From Candidatus Woesearchaeota archaeon (GTDB lineage: Archaea > Nanobdellota > Nanobdellia > Woesearchaeales > SKIA01), in NCBI GenBank assembly GCA_046704725.1, contig JBJKRI010000006.1, positions 64,001 through 128,000 of the forward strand: DNA of 64,000 nt, written 5' to 3'. Below the pieces are notes generated by a model. It had not been told where the DNA came from. It worked only from the letters and a program-made list of their open reading frames with translations, and ran no database searches. The position numbers and the translations under genes were made by a program. Shown in pieces: positions 53,169 to 62,999 of this stretch; the first letter of the stretch is position 1; each line of letters opens with the position of its first letter.

Positions 53169-55646
53169 ATGCAGCAGCAGAAGCTCAATCTCGGCCTCGC
53201 TCTTACCATCACCGCTGTTCTGCTCGTCATCATCGCCGTGCCGTTCATCTACAGGGGCGGCATCTCGGGCAAGGCGGTCCTGCTGCAGCCGCAAGCCCCG
53301 AGCGTGGCAGTGGGCAACAGCGTGACGGTCAACGTCAGCACGGACGGCATCACGAACCTGTCGGGCATCCAGTTCAGCGTCGCCTACGACCCGAACGTGC
53401 TACGCCTGGACTCCGTCGACCAAGGGACCTTCCTGGACGAGAACGGCGCATCCAGCACCTTCTTCGACAACGGGAGCAACAGCACGGCCGGCGAGCGCAA
53501 CGACATCGTCATCGTGCGATTGGAGAACACCGGCGTCTCCGGAGCGGGAACGCTCGCGCTGCTCCACTTCACCGCTGTCCAAGCCGGAACCGCGAGCGTG
53601 AACTTCACGAAGGTATTGCTGTCGGACAACAACAGCAACCAGATCAACACGAATTACGTCAACACGAGCGTCTCGGTCACCAGCAACGACAAGACGCCGC
53701 CCGTCGTGAGCATGGACCAGCCGCCGAACGGAATCGTCGTCAGCGGCAACCAGGAATTCAACGCGACGGCGACAGACAACGTCGGCGTCACGAAGGTCGA
53801 GTTCCTCGTGGACGGCACGATCATCGCGACCGACGCGACCGTTCCCTACGGCATCACCTGGGACACGAGCACCGTGCTCGACGGCAGCCACACCCTCACA
53901 GTCAAGGCCTTCGACGCTGGAGGCAACCAGGCCAACGCGACGCGCACGGTGACAGTAGACAACACGCCTCCGACGGTCAGCGTCTCCTCGCCGGTGAGCG
54001 GAGCGCAGCTCAGCGGCATGGCGACCTTCACGGCGAGCGCGACGGACGCGAGCGGCGTGAAAAGCGTACAATTCCTCGTCGACGGAGTCCCGGTAGGCAC
54101 GGACACGACAGCACCATACTCAATCATCTGGAACACGTCCGGAGCGTCAAACGGCTGGCACGACATCACCGCGAAGGCGACCGACCAGCTGAACAACGTG
54201 GGAACGAGCGGACCGGTCAGCGTGAACATCAGCAACACGGTCGTGGACAACACACCGCCGACCATCACTCTCACGACTCCCGCCAATGGCGCCACGGTCA
54301 GCGGCTCCGTAGGCATCACGGCCAGCGCGAGCGACAACGTCGGGGTGAAAGACGTCACCTTCAGCGTGGACGGCATCGATATCGCCACCGACAACAACAG
54401 CCCCTACGCGACGAGCTGGAACTCCGGGACGGTGACCAACGGGAATCATCTCATCGTCGCGACGGCGACAGACCTCGCAGGCAACAACGCATCCAAGAAC
54501 GTCACCGTCAACGTCAGCAACACCGGCGTGGACACGACGAAGCCAAGCATCTTCTTCACGAGCCCCGCGAACGGCGCTGACGTGAGCGGAACAGTCACCC
54601 TGACCGCGTCAGCGACCGACAACGTCGGCGTGACCAGCGTCGTCTTCAAGGTCGCCGGCAAACAGGTCGGCTCGACGCTCACGAGCGCACCGTACACGGT
54701 CCAATGGGATTCCAGCACGGTCGGCTACGGTTCCTACGGCGTGACCGCGACCGCGAGCGACGCGGCGGGCAACACCGCCACCGCATCCATCAGCCTCGTC
54801 AAGCCCAGCCCCAACACCGGCAGCAGCGGAGGCGGAGGAGGAGGAGGAGGAGGCGCCTACGTGCCGCCGCCCACCACAACGAGCTCCTCGGGAAGCACGA
54901 GCACCACGACGACGACCACCCAGCCGCCGACGGTCGTGCTCTACTCGGGCACCGGCAGCGAGGACCTCTCGTCCGCACGCGTGCAGCTCAACACCAATAT
55001 CAACGACACGTCCCTGCAGGTCACGTATGACACAAGCGGAGACCTGCCGGCGATGCCGAGCGGCGTCGACGCCTACAGGCGAGTCTCCATCCTTCCCCAA
55101 GGATTCACCTACACAAACATCGACAGCGCGATCGTCCGCTTCAAGGTCCCACGCTCCTGGCTGGACGCGCAGAGCCTCAACGCGAGCGCGGTCTCGCTGT
55201 ACGTGCTGCAGAACGGCCAGTGGCAACCGCTCTCCACAGCCATCGAGAACCAGGACCAGAACAACGTCTACTACACGGTCAAGAACGCGCAGATCGGGGT
55301 CCTGACCATCGGCGGACAGACAGCGGTCCAACAGAACGCAACACCGACGACGGCCCCCTCGCAGACTGAGGCGCCGACCACGATCCCCACGCAGAAGAAG
55401 GGGATGGCCTGGCAGACGCTCCTCGAGCTCGCCATCGGACTGGTGGGACTGCTCGTGCTGGGCACCTACTTCATGGGGCGCCGCTACCAGCACGCGAAGG
55501 CAGAGATCGCGAAGGCCCCGAAGAACGCGCTCGGATCCTACGTCCAGCAGACACGCAACGAAGGGTTCACGGACGATCAGATCCGCACGGCGCTCTCGCA
55601 GAAAGGCTGGCCGAAAGAGAAGATCGACGACGCGATGAAACGATAG
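53169..55646 (+). CDS. surface protein: cohesin + 4 Ig-like (Big) repeats + PGF-pre-PGF-like domain + TM + cytoplasmic tail
   Basis: cohesin pattern (F.V.YDPNVL..V.QG.FL...GTLA.L.F); repeated A.D..GV..V.F.V.G; FKVPRSWL; TM; R.EGF.D.QIR.AL..GW; start 53142 or 53169. Confidence 0.85.
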   Translation: MQQQKLNLGLALTITAVLLVIIAVPFIYRGGISGKAVLLQPQAPSVAVGNSVTVNVSTDGITNLSGIQFSVAYDPNVLRLDSVDQGTFLDENGASSTFFDNGSNSTAGERNDIVIVRLENTGVSGAGTLALLHFTAVQAGTASVNFTKVLLSDNNSNQINTNYVNTSVSVTSNDKTPPVVSMDQPPNGIVVSGNQEFNATATDNVGVTKVEFLVDGTIIATDATVPYGITWDTSTVLDGSHTLTVKAFDAGGNQANATRTVTVDNTPPTVSVSSPVSGAQLSGMATFTASATDASGVKSVQFLVDGVPVGTDTTAPYSIIWNTSGASNGWHDITAKATDQLNNVGTSGPVSVNISNTVVDNTPPTITLTTPANGATVSGSVGITASASDNVGVKDVTFSVDGIDIATDNNSPYATSWNSGTVTNGNHLIVATATDLAGNNASKNVTVNVSNTGVDTTKPSIFFTSPANGADVSGTVTLTASATDNVGVTSVVFKVAGKQVGSTLTSAPYTVQWDSSTVGYGSYGVTATASDAAGNTATASISLVKPSPNTGSSGGGGGGGGGAYVPPPTTTSSSGSTSTTTTTTQPPTVVLYSGTGSEDLSSARVQLNTNINDTSLQVTYDTSGDLPAMPSGVDAYRRVSILPQGFTYTNIDSAIVRFKVPRSWLDAQSLNASAVSLYVLQNGQWQPLSTAIENQDQNNVYYTVKNAQIGVLTIGGQTAVQQNATPTTAPSQTEAPTTIPTQKKGMAWQTLLELAIGLVGLLVLGTYFMGRRYQHAKAEIAKAPKNALGSYVQQTRNEGFTDDQIRTALSQKGWPKEKIDDAMKR

Positions 55647-55677
55647 GGCTATAAGCGGTCTTATCCATACAATTCCA

Positions 55678-56208
55678 ATGGAGAAACTGTTCATCGACGC
55701 CGACACGCTGTACGGGCAGAGCCTCTTGCTCGCCAGGACGGTGAAGGACAGCGAGTACCGGCCGACGGTCATCATCGCGCTGTGGCGCGGAGGGACCCCT
55801 GTGGGAGTGGTGGTGGACGAGGCCTTCCGGTATTGGGGTATGCGGGCACGATCGTACCCGCTCCTCGTATCCGCCTACCGCGGCAGCAGCAGGAACGAGA
55901 GAGCGAGCGTGTTCGGCGTCGGTCCAGTCCTGGATGCCATCGAGAAGACGGACCGCGTCCTCATCGTCGACGACGTGTACGACACGGGATTGAGCGCGGA
56001 GCGCGTGCGCGCGCTCTTCCAGGACAGGGCGGCGGAAGTACGCGTCGCGACCGTGTACGACAAGCCGCAGAACCACACCGGATTGCCGGGACCTGACTTC
56101 ACCGTCGAGACGACGGACGCGTGGATCGTCTTTCCCCACGAGCTCGAAGAACTCACCGTAGAAGAGATAGAGAAGAAAGGGAATGCGTGGCCGCGGCTCC
56201 TGAACTGA
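55678..56208 (+). CDS. purine phosphoribosyltransferase (type I PRT)
   Basis: IALWRGG, VLIVDDVYDTG, WIVFPHE. Confidence 0.9.
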   Translation: MEKLFIDADTLYGQSLLLARTVKDSEYRPTVIIALWRGGTPVGVVVDEAFRYWGMRARSYPLLVSAYRGSSRNERASVFGVGPVLDAIEKTDRVLIVDDVYDTGLSAERVRALFQDRAAEVRVATVYDKPQNHTGLPGPDFTVETTDAWIVFPHELEELTVEEIEKKGNAWPRLLN

Positions 56209-56913
56209 TCACTTCCACAGCCAGCCGAACAATCCCTTGTCCTGCTGCTCGTTCGCCGCGACAGTCATCACGCGAAGCTGCTCCTGCTGCAACACCTGGA
56301 ACTGCTGCTGCAGCCCAGTGATGCAACCACAGGTCGTGGCGGCCTGCTCCATCTGCTGCAAGCGTTCCTGGTTGGATATCCGCAACTGCTCGAGCTGCCT
56401 CGCCGCCTGCTCGTCACCGCCGGCGAAGAAACGCGCGAAGCCGCTGCGCTGCGCGATGCGCTGCTCGAGCTGGTTCATCTCCTGCAGGCTCGCGTTGTAC
56501 TGGCGCGCCATCAAGGATATCGCGTCGCCGCATCCGCACAGCGAGTTATTGAGGCCGACCATGCTCTGCACCGCGGCGTGCGCCTCGAGCTTCGTCTGCA
56601 CCTGCACACCTTGCCCGGTCAGGTTCACCTGATTGCCGATGCGAGCGCGCTCCTGCTCCCATTCCTGCTCCATGTGCAGGAGTTGCGTACGGTTCTGGTA
56701 CCAGGTCCCGTTCCAGGTATAATTGAACGTGCGGTTCTGGTCCTGCGTGCGATTCATGTCGGGCGTGCCCGTATCCATCGACGGATCACGCACCTGCGCA
56801 CGATCCTGCACCTGGACCTGGTCCGGCGCCAAAGCAGGCTCTAGCACGAGCGCCGCAAGAAGGACGAGCACCACCGCACCTACCAACACGTATGCATCAC
56901 GCATGTCGACCAC
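56209..56913 (-). CDS. exported Gln-rich helical hypothetical protein
   Basis: signal peptide; QVQDRAQVRDP; R...RFFAGGD; KGLFGWL end. Confidence 0.65.
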   Translation of the reverse strand: MVDMRDAYVLVGAVVLVLLAALVLEPALAPDQVQVQDRAQVRDPSMDTGTPDMNRTQDQNRTFNYTWNGTWYQNRTQLLHMEQEWEQERARIGNQVNLTGQGVQVQTKLEAHAAVQSMVGLNNSLCGCGDAISLMARQYNASLQEMNQLEQRIAQRSGFARFFAGGDEQAARQLEQLRISNQERLQQMEQAATTCGCITGLQQQFQVLQQEQLRVMTVAANEQQDKGLFGWLWK

Positions 56914-56945
56914 CCCAATCTGCCGGTACTATGCGTTTTTCGCTC

Positions 56946-57287
56946 TTAAGCGCTCGCTCCAGAAACGTGTAGCGATGCGCAGTCGACGCAATCCTTCCAC
57001 GCACATGGGGACGAGCTCGTATGCTCCTGCGCCCAGTCGATGACGGGCTGCGCCGCGCGCAGCAACGACATTCCGGCGAGCGTGACGAAATACCGCTCCT
57101 CGAAGGTCCGGCACAATCCCTCATCGCACAAGAAACGCAATTCAGCGGAGAGCACGCGGTTCGTGATGGCAGAAAACGAGCGCTGCAGGTCGCAGAAACG
57201 CTGGGGAAAGGTACATTCGCGCAGGACGCGATACGACCATTTCCTGCCGAGGATGGAGAACACGTACTCAGGACTGCACGCGATCAT
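56946..57287 (-). CDS. HxlR-family winged-helix regulator
   Basis: ILGRKWS, RFCDL, ITNRVLSAELR, Y.VT.AG. Confidence 0.85.
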   Translation of the reverse strand: MIACSPEYVFSILGRKWSYRVLRECTFPQRFCDLQRSFSAITNRVLSAELRFLCDEGLCRTFEERYFVTLAGMSLLRAAQPVIDWAQEHTSSSPCAWKDCVDCASLHVSGASA

Positions 57288-57350
57288 GGTATCCCTGAAG
57301 ATACCAGCGCTATATAATCCTGTGAATCATCGGTACATCCGTCCAGAGGG

Positions 57351-59720
57351 ATGAACATGCGATGGGGAATGAGCGTCATAGCGCTGTGCGCGATGCTCCT
57401 GCTCGGAGCCGCCGGCGCGCAGAACGGGACCGTCAACGAGACCGAGAGCCTTCCAGGATTGAACGCTTCGGTGAACCAGAGCGCACCAGGAGAGGCCAAC
57501 GGCACGGGAAGCGTCAACCAGACCGGGACGAACCAGACCAACGATACGACAGAACAGACCCATGAAGGAACAGGCGGCCAAGGGAAGGGCGGAGCCAGCA
57601 GCGAGGCAGCGACGGGAAGCGCACCAGGCATCAGTGAGGTGACGGTGCCCAGCGCGTTGTTGCCGGGTGGCAACGACACGCTCTCCGCACGGGTCACGAG
57701 TTCGGGAACGACCGAGGACGTGACCGCGACGCTCACGGCATACACGTGTGGCGAGCCGACGACGACCTGCGGCGGCGCGAACGCGTGCCCCGAAGAATCG
57801 TGGACCGCGCTGAGCACCAAGCAAGTGCCGATGCAACGCGGCGCGGACGCCGCTCCCGGTGGGGAGGAGAGCGATGAGGGTGGAAACAACCTCGCGTATC
57901 CCGTGGTCTTCAGCGAGGGTATCGGCCTTGGCGGCGTGACGATGCCGGAGACCGGTCTGCGCACGCCGAGCAATGGGAGCGGCGACTGGACGGGACCGTT
58001 CCTGTGCTGCGATGCGAGCGGGACCTCGTGCGTCGACCGCAACAGCGACGGCACCATAGACGCCTTGGACTACAGCACGGTCGCGTGCACGCAAGGCATC
58101 GCGTGGTACCCGCAGAACACGGTGAGCAGCTGGCAAGCCACCGTCATCGAAGGAGATGACGAATCCGTCCGGGCGGACTGGGGCGACAACCTCATCCGGC
58201 AGACCTGGAACACGCACAACACGATACGCATCGAGACCGTGCTCGAGCAGGACCGGCCCGAGAACATGACGGCCTACACGATGGCATTGCTCTATGGGGA
58301 GCGGACCACGGAGATGCAAGGGACGAACACCCAGACATACAACTCCACCGAAGCCACGGTATACACGCCGTGCGCGCACCTGATCATCGAGAAGCTGAGC
58401 GGGACGGAACCTGACGGCGAGCACGGCGAGCCGTTGTCGCCGGCCGCCGTCGACCTCGCGACGTGGGAGAGCTACGGCATTGACGGGCCCGGAGGGTTCT
58501 CCGCGGAGGTGAACGTGGCGGGCAAGCTCGTGTACGGCTATAACCTCGGCATCAGGGACATGGAACTGCCGTACGACAAGTACGGCTGGTGGCGCGTGAC
58601 CTTCGCGCTCGACAAGACGGCGACCGTGAACGGGAGCACCGTGCAATGCCGCACGGACATCAGCGAGCTCGCTCCCGAGGACCTGATCGGCGGGACGGAG
58701 GACGGCGAGAGCCAGACGAGCTACTACCAGCCCCAGCTCTCCAGCGACGGGAGCCGGACATGGATCGACATCTACATCCTGAGCGGCCGTGACGGCGGCA
58801 CGAGCACGCCGCACACCATCAGCGGGGGGCACACGCTCACCGCAGCCGCGCTCGTGGCAGACGAGAACGCCACCGAGAACGTGACGGAGAACGTGACGGA
58901 GAACGAGACCGAAGAGCGCGACGACGACTACTGGACGGCCTCCGGACTGCTCGAGGCGTTCGACGGCGAGTCGCTCCCCGCGGGAGCGTGGATCGGCGTG
59001 CACGTGGAGAGCCTGGACAGCGAGGGGAAGACGACGGAGATCGACGGACCGTCCGTGGACGTCCACCACGCGTACACCGTGGACATCACGGAGACCGCAC
59101 CTGATCCGGTCAACGGGAACGCGCCCGTGACGGTGAAAGGCGTGCTCAAGAACTCCTGCTCCCCTGAGGACCTCTCCGGGGAGACGGTGACGGTGAACGG
59201 GAACGCCGCACCCATCTCCACGGAGAGCTGGGAGACGACATTGACCGCGCCGTCGAGCGGGACACTGCCGGTGACCGTCTCTTACACGAGCGACCGGGGC
59301 GACGTCTTCACCGACACGGCGAGCGTGAGCGTGCTCGCGAGCACCGTCACGACCGGAGGCGGAGGGGGCGGCGGGACGTACCACAGCAGCAGCGGACTGA
59401 CCTGCTTCACGGGCTACACGCGCGACGCGAGCGGCGAGTGCGTGCCCATAGAACAACCGAGCGCGACGCCCGAACAGCAGAACACCGTGCAAGAGAACGT
59501 GCAGGAACGCACGGAGGAGAACGCCCAGAACCAAGAAGGGCAGACCGGAAGCACGGGACCGACAGGCAGCACCGGAAGCACGGGACCGACAGGGAACACC
59601 GGACCGACGGGGATGGTGAGCGCGAGCGGCCCGAGCACCGGAGCATGGTTCGCCATCGGGGCGGGCGTAATCGTGATCGTCGGCCTCGGGGGGACGTTCC
59701 TCTACCTGCGGCGGCGCTGA
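57351..59720 (+). CDS. Cys-containing acidic surface protein with C-terminal TM anchor
   Basis: signal peptide; DxNxDG Ca-binding-like loop; Gly run; GxT linker; TM + RRR. Confidence 0.8.
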   Translation: MNMRWGMSVIALCAMLLLGAAGAQNGTVNETESLPGLNASVNQSAPGEANGTGSVNQTGTNQTNDTTEQTHEGTGGQGKGGASSEAATGSAPGISEVTVPSALLPGGNDTLSARVTSSGTTEDVTATLTAYTCGEPTTTCGGANACPEESWTALSTKQVPMQRGADAAPGGEESDEGGNNLAYPVVFSEGIGLGGVTMPETGLRTPSNGSGDWTGPFLCCDASGTSCVDRNSDGTIDALDYSTVACTQGIAWYPQNTVSSWQATVIEGDDESVRADWGDNLIRQTWNTHNTIRIETVLEQDRPENMTAYTMALLYGERTTEMQGTNTQTYNSTEATVYTPCAHLIIEKLSGTEPDGEHGEPLSPAAVDLATWESYGIDGPGGFSAEVNVAGKLVYGYNLGIRDMELPYDKYGWWRVTFALDKTATVNGSTVQCRTDISELAPEDLIGGTEDGESQTSYYQPQLSSDGSRTWIDIYILSGRDGGTSTPHTISGGHTLTAAALVADENATENVTENVTENETEERDDDYWTASGLLEAFDGESLPAGAWIGVHVESLDSEGKTTEIDGPSVDVHHAYTVDITETAPDPVNGNAPVTVKGVLKNSCSPEDLSGETVTVNGNAAPISTESWETTLTAPSSGTLPVTVSYTSDRGDVFTDTASVSVLASTVTTGGGGGGGTYHSSSGLTCFTGYTRDASGECVPIEQPSATPEQQNTVQENVQERTEENAQNQEGQTGSTGPTGSTGSTGPTGNTGPTGMVSASGPSTGAWFAIGAGVIVIVGLGGTFLYLRRR
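59544..59593 (+). repeat. 27-bp-period direct repeat encoding a collagen-like G-x-T linker
   Basis: ACCGGAAGCACGGGACCGACAGG at 59544 and 59571. Confidence 0.8.
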
Positions 59721-60202
59721 GCGCGGCGTCCGCTGCCATGCTCATAGAGGGCGTAGCGAACGGGATTCTTCGCGGCGTAGCGACGATGCTCCTCCTCCGC
59801 CGGGAAGAACGTGGTGCGCTCGAGGATGTCGGTGGCGATCGGCGCCTTCCATAATGAGTGCATGCGCCTTTTCTCCTCTTCCGCGACGAGCCTCTCCTGA
59901 GAGGTCGACCAATAAATCGCGGTGCGGTATTGCGGGCCGCGGTCGGTGAACTGCCCGCCGTCATCGAGCGGGTCGATGTGGCTGAAGAACGACGCCACCA
60001 ATTCACGGTACGAGACCCCCTGCGGATCGTAGGTGACGCGCACGGCCTCGCGATGCTCCGTGGTGCCGGTGCTCACGCGCTCGTAGGACGCATCCAGAGC
60101 ATTCCCGCCGGCGTAGCCCGGCATGACATCCCCCACGCCATCCAGTTCGCGGAACGCTTTTTCGACGCACCAGAAGCACCCGCCCGCGAAGACCGCATCC
60201 AT
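59702..60202 (-). CDS. msrA: peptide-methionine (S)-sulfoxide reductase
   Basis: FAGGCFWC, GYAGG, HREAV, QFTDRGPQYRTAI, AEEEH. Confidence 0.95.
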   Translation of the reverse strand: MDAVFAGGCFWCVEKAFRELDGVGDVMPGYAGGNALDASYERVSTGTTEHREAVRVTYDPQGVSYRELVASFFSHIDPLDDGGQFTDRGPQYRTAIYWSTSQERLVAEEEKRRMHSLWKAPIATDILERTTFFPAEEEHRRYAAKNPVRYALYEHGSGRRAQRRRR

Positions 60203-60270
60203 GGAGACAACAAGAGGCGACGGCTTATGAATGCTCCTGTTCATTGGAAAAATGAGAAAGGAAAAAAAGC

Positions 60271-60465
60271 CTACTTCGAGACGAAGTAGATGCCCCACAA
60301 CGCGCTCAAGCCCACGATCGTGTAGACGATGCGCGACAACGCCGACATGGCCCCGAAGATCGCCGCCACCAGGTCGAAGTCGAACAAGCCGATGAGCCCC
60401 CAGTTCAGACCGCCGATGATCAGCAGTACCAGCGCGATCCAATCAATCGCATTCATATCCGCCAT
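60271..60465 (-). CDS. DUF378 membrane protein
   Basis: IIGGLNWGLIGLFDFDLVAAIFG...RIVY.IVGLSAL. Confidence 0.9.
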   Translation of the reverse strand: MADMNAIDWIALVLLIIGGLNWGLIGLFDFDLVAAIFGAMSALSRIVYTIVGLSALWGIYFVSK

Positions 60466-60631
60466 AGGTCGTTCCCCCGTGCGCACCGCGCACAACCCCG
60501 TACATGTCGTCAGAGATTATAAAGGCCGTGTTTTCGCGGCGCACCCCGGAAAACAGGTCGCGCTCGAGGGAGAATACGTTTTTATCCGTCGAAGACATGT
60601 CGCTGATGGGCGAGAGCCTGGGGTGGTGCGG

Positions 60632-61039
60632 ATGATCGAGGACGACGCGCGACGGGAGGAGCAGGACCGGCGAGACATCGACGTGTTCGGGCGCTGGCTG
60701 CAGGACATGGGCATAGGCGATGAGCGCACGCCGCGCATGGAGGAAGCGGAGACCGCGACCGAATACATCGCGCGCCTGGAGGTACCGGGCATGGAACGGA
60801 AAGACATCACTGTGCGGCCGCACGACGACGGCATGGAGGTCATCGCCGAGCGCAGGAACGAGGAGGAACACACCGAGAAAGGCGTGACGCGCACGTCGAT
60901 GGAGCGGCGCCGATTCGTACGCTACTGGAGACTGCCCGCGGGCGTGGATCCACGCAAGGCCAACGCCAAGCTCAAGAACGGCATCTTGGAGATACGCATC
61001 CCTAAAGCATCCCGGAAGGGCATCGAGGTGGATGGATGA
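60632..61039 (+). CDS. small heat-shock protein Hsp20
   Basis: LEVPGMERKDI, F.R...LP..VD, AKLKNGILEIRIPK. Confidence 0.9.
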   Translation: MIEDDARREEQDRRDIDVFGRWLQDMGIGDERTPRMEEAETATEYIARLEVPGMERKDITVRPHDDGMEVIAERRNEEEHTEKGVTRTSMERRRFVRYWRLPAGVDPRKANAKLKNGILEIRIPKASRKGIEVDG

Positions 61040-61353
61040 CCACGAAGGAAGCGGGAGACGCGCTGCGCGACCTGCAGAACTGGGTGGCGGTCTTCGCCGA
61101 GGAGTACGACCTGCCCGACGAGATGATCAAGCAACTGCGGAAACGCATCGAGAAAGTGGCTTTGGCGCTCGAGGACGGCGAGCCAGAGGCGCCCGTCGAG
61201 GAGGAGCGCGTCGTCGAGCAAGAAGCGCTGTCGCAAGACGACGAGGAAGCCCTCGAAGAGGAATTGGCGGACGACGAGATCCACGACACGGAAGAGGGCG
61301 CGGTGCGCGGCTACTGGCAAGAACGCCAGCGCGCCTGGGAACGGGGCGGCTAG
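61036..61353 (+). CDS. acidic hypothetical protein
   Basis: coupled to hsp20 (ATGA) with GAGGTGG SD; Glu/Asp-rich. Confidence 0.6.
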   Translation: MTTKEAGDALRDLQNWVAVFAEEYDLPDEMIKQLRKRIEKVALALEDGEPEAPVEEERVVEQEALSQDDEEALEEELADDEIHDTEEGAVRGYWQERQRAWERGG

Positions 61354-62354
61354 AACTGGATCGCCACGCCGGACGTGACGAGCCCGGAGCCGAAGGAGAC
61401 CACGATCGCTTTGGAGCCCGTGCCGATGGCACCCTGTTCTCTCATCTGCGCCAAGAGGATGGGACAGGTGGCTGCGGACATGTTGCCGTACCACTCGATA
61501 TTGTCTCCTACGCGCGAAGGATCGATACCGGTCTTGCGGATGACCCCCTCGGTGATGCGCTTGTTCGCCTGGTGCGGCACGAGATAGATGTCGTCCAAGG
61601 ACCAGCCGAGAGTGTCGATCAGCTCTTGCGTCACTACCGCCATGCTCGGAACGGCATTCTTGAGCACCTTCGCACCCTCTTGCATGCGCAGAAGCCCACG
61701 GATATCACGCGTGATGTATTCGTGACGTGAATCGAACGGCTCGCTCCTGGTCGTGTACGCAAGGATTCCGCGATCGGTATCCTCAGGGACGACCACGGCC
61801 GCGCCTGCTCCATCACCGAACAAGGTCGCATTGATATCCCGACCGAGATAATCAGTGACTCCTGAGAGCCGTTCTGCTCCGATGACGAGGTACGGTCCTC
61901 GTCCGCGGATGATGGCGGACGCTGCCTGGTCGAGCGCCATCGGCCAGCCAGCACACGCCTTTCCGACATCATATGTCTCTCGCACTTTTGTGGCGCCGAT
62001 ACGTTTCTGCACCAAGACAGCAGCGGAGGGGTATTGCTGCGTCTGGGTAACCGTAGCGACAAGGATTCCGTATAGGTCTTGCGCGGACATGCCTGCATCG
62101 TCGAGCGCTGCGGCACCGGCCCGCGCGGCAAGTTCTTCGAGAGGTTGATTTCGTGCGATGCGACGTTCACGGATACCTGTCCTGCGCAGGATCCCCTCTT
62201 CTGTGAGAATCGCTTTCTTGAACCCATCACGGTTCCGGAGAGAGTTTCCGTTCCGATCGAAGTAGAACCACGGCTCGCCGTCCGCGAAATATTTGTTGTC
62301 CCTGATCTCGTCGGGAAGATAATATCCTGTCCCCGCGATCGCTGCGTTCACCAT
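61350..62354 (-). CDS. fabH: beta-ketoacyl synthase III (FabH-like)
   Basis: GTGYYLP, TGIRERR, ACAG (Cys), LFGDGAGA, PHQAN (His), GNMSAA (Asn), FGSG. Confidence 0.88.
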   Translation of the reverse strand: MVNAAIAGTGYYLPDEIRDNKYFADGEPWFYFDRNGNSLRNRDGFKKAILTEEGILRRTGIRERRIARNQPLEELAARAGAAALDDAGMSAQDLYGILVATVTQTQQYPSAAVLVQKRIGATKVRETYDVGKACAGWPMALDQAASAIIRGRGPYLVIGAERLSGVTDYLGRDINATLFGDGAGAAVVVPEDTDRGILAYTTRSEPFDSRHEYITRDIRGLLRMQEGAKVLKNAVPSMAVVTQELIDTLGWSLDDIYLVPHQANKRITEGVIRKTGIDPSRVGDNIEWYGNMSAATCPILLAQMREQGAIGTGSKAIVVSFGSGLVTSGVAIQF

Positions 62355-62447
62355 CTCTCGGGTGTATCGCAGTCATTCATAAACCTTGTCCGCACGGGCA
62401 AAGTGTAGCGCACCTTTTTAAAGGGCGGTTCCCGGAACGGGCCCAGA

Positions 62448-62993
62448 ATGGAATCGCAGCAGTTCACCACGACCCTTTTCGGAAAGACCGTCTCGTTCGC
62501 GTACTCAGACAAGGCGCTCGGCTACGTCATCCTCACGCTCCGGCTCATCATGGGCTATGTCATGCTTTCGGCGGGCCTGGAGAAGCTGCTGAGCGGGAAC
62601 TGGACCGCTGCGGGATACCTCTCGCACCTGCCGGCGGGCAATCCATTCATACCCATATTCGCGCCCATGGCCGGCAGCGGCCTGGTGAACTTCCTCGTCA
62701 TCTGGGGAGAGATCCTCATCGGCATCGCGCTCATCATCGGCATCGCCGTGCGCTTCGCGTCGTTCTGGGGAGCGATCATGCTGCTCTTGTTCTGGGCGAC
62801 GAGCCTGACGGGCGGCCTTCTCGCGGGACTGCCCTTGGCGAACGGTTTCGTCGTGGACGACCACCTGGTCTACGCGCTCTTGTTCTGGGGCCTCGGAGCC
62901 TTCGGGGCGGGCAGGGTATTAGGCGTGGACGGCTGGCTGCACAGCACGGGATTCGTGCAGCGCCACCCCTGGATCGAGTGGTTGCTCGGCTAG
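62448..62993 (+). CDS. DoxX-family membrane protein
   Basis: LRLIMG...AGLEK, WGEILIGIALIIG, GAGRVLGVD. Confidence 0.88.
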   Translation: MESQQFTTTLFGKTVSFAYSDKALGYVILTLRLIMGYVMLSAGLEKLLSGNWTAAGYLSHLPAGNPFIPIFAPMAGSGLVNFLVIWGEILIGIALIIGIAVRFASFWGAIMLLLFWATSLTGGLLAGLPLANGFVVDDHLVYALLFWGLGAFGAGRVLGVDGWLHSTGFVQRHPWIEWLLG

Positions 62994-62999
62994 AATCGT

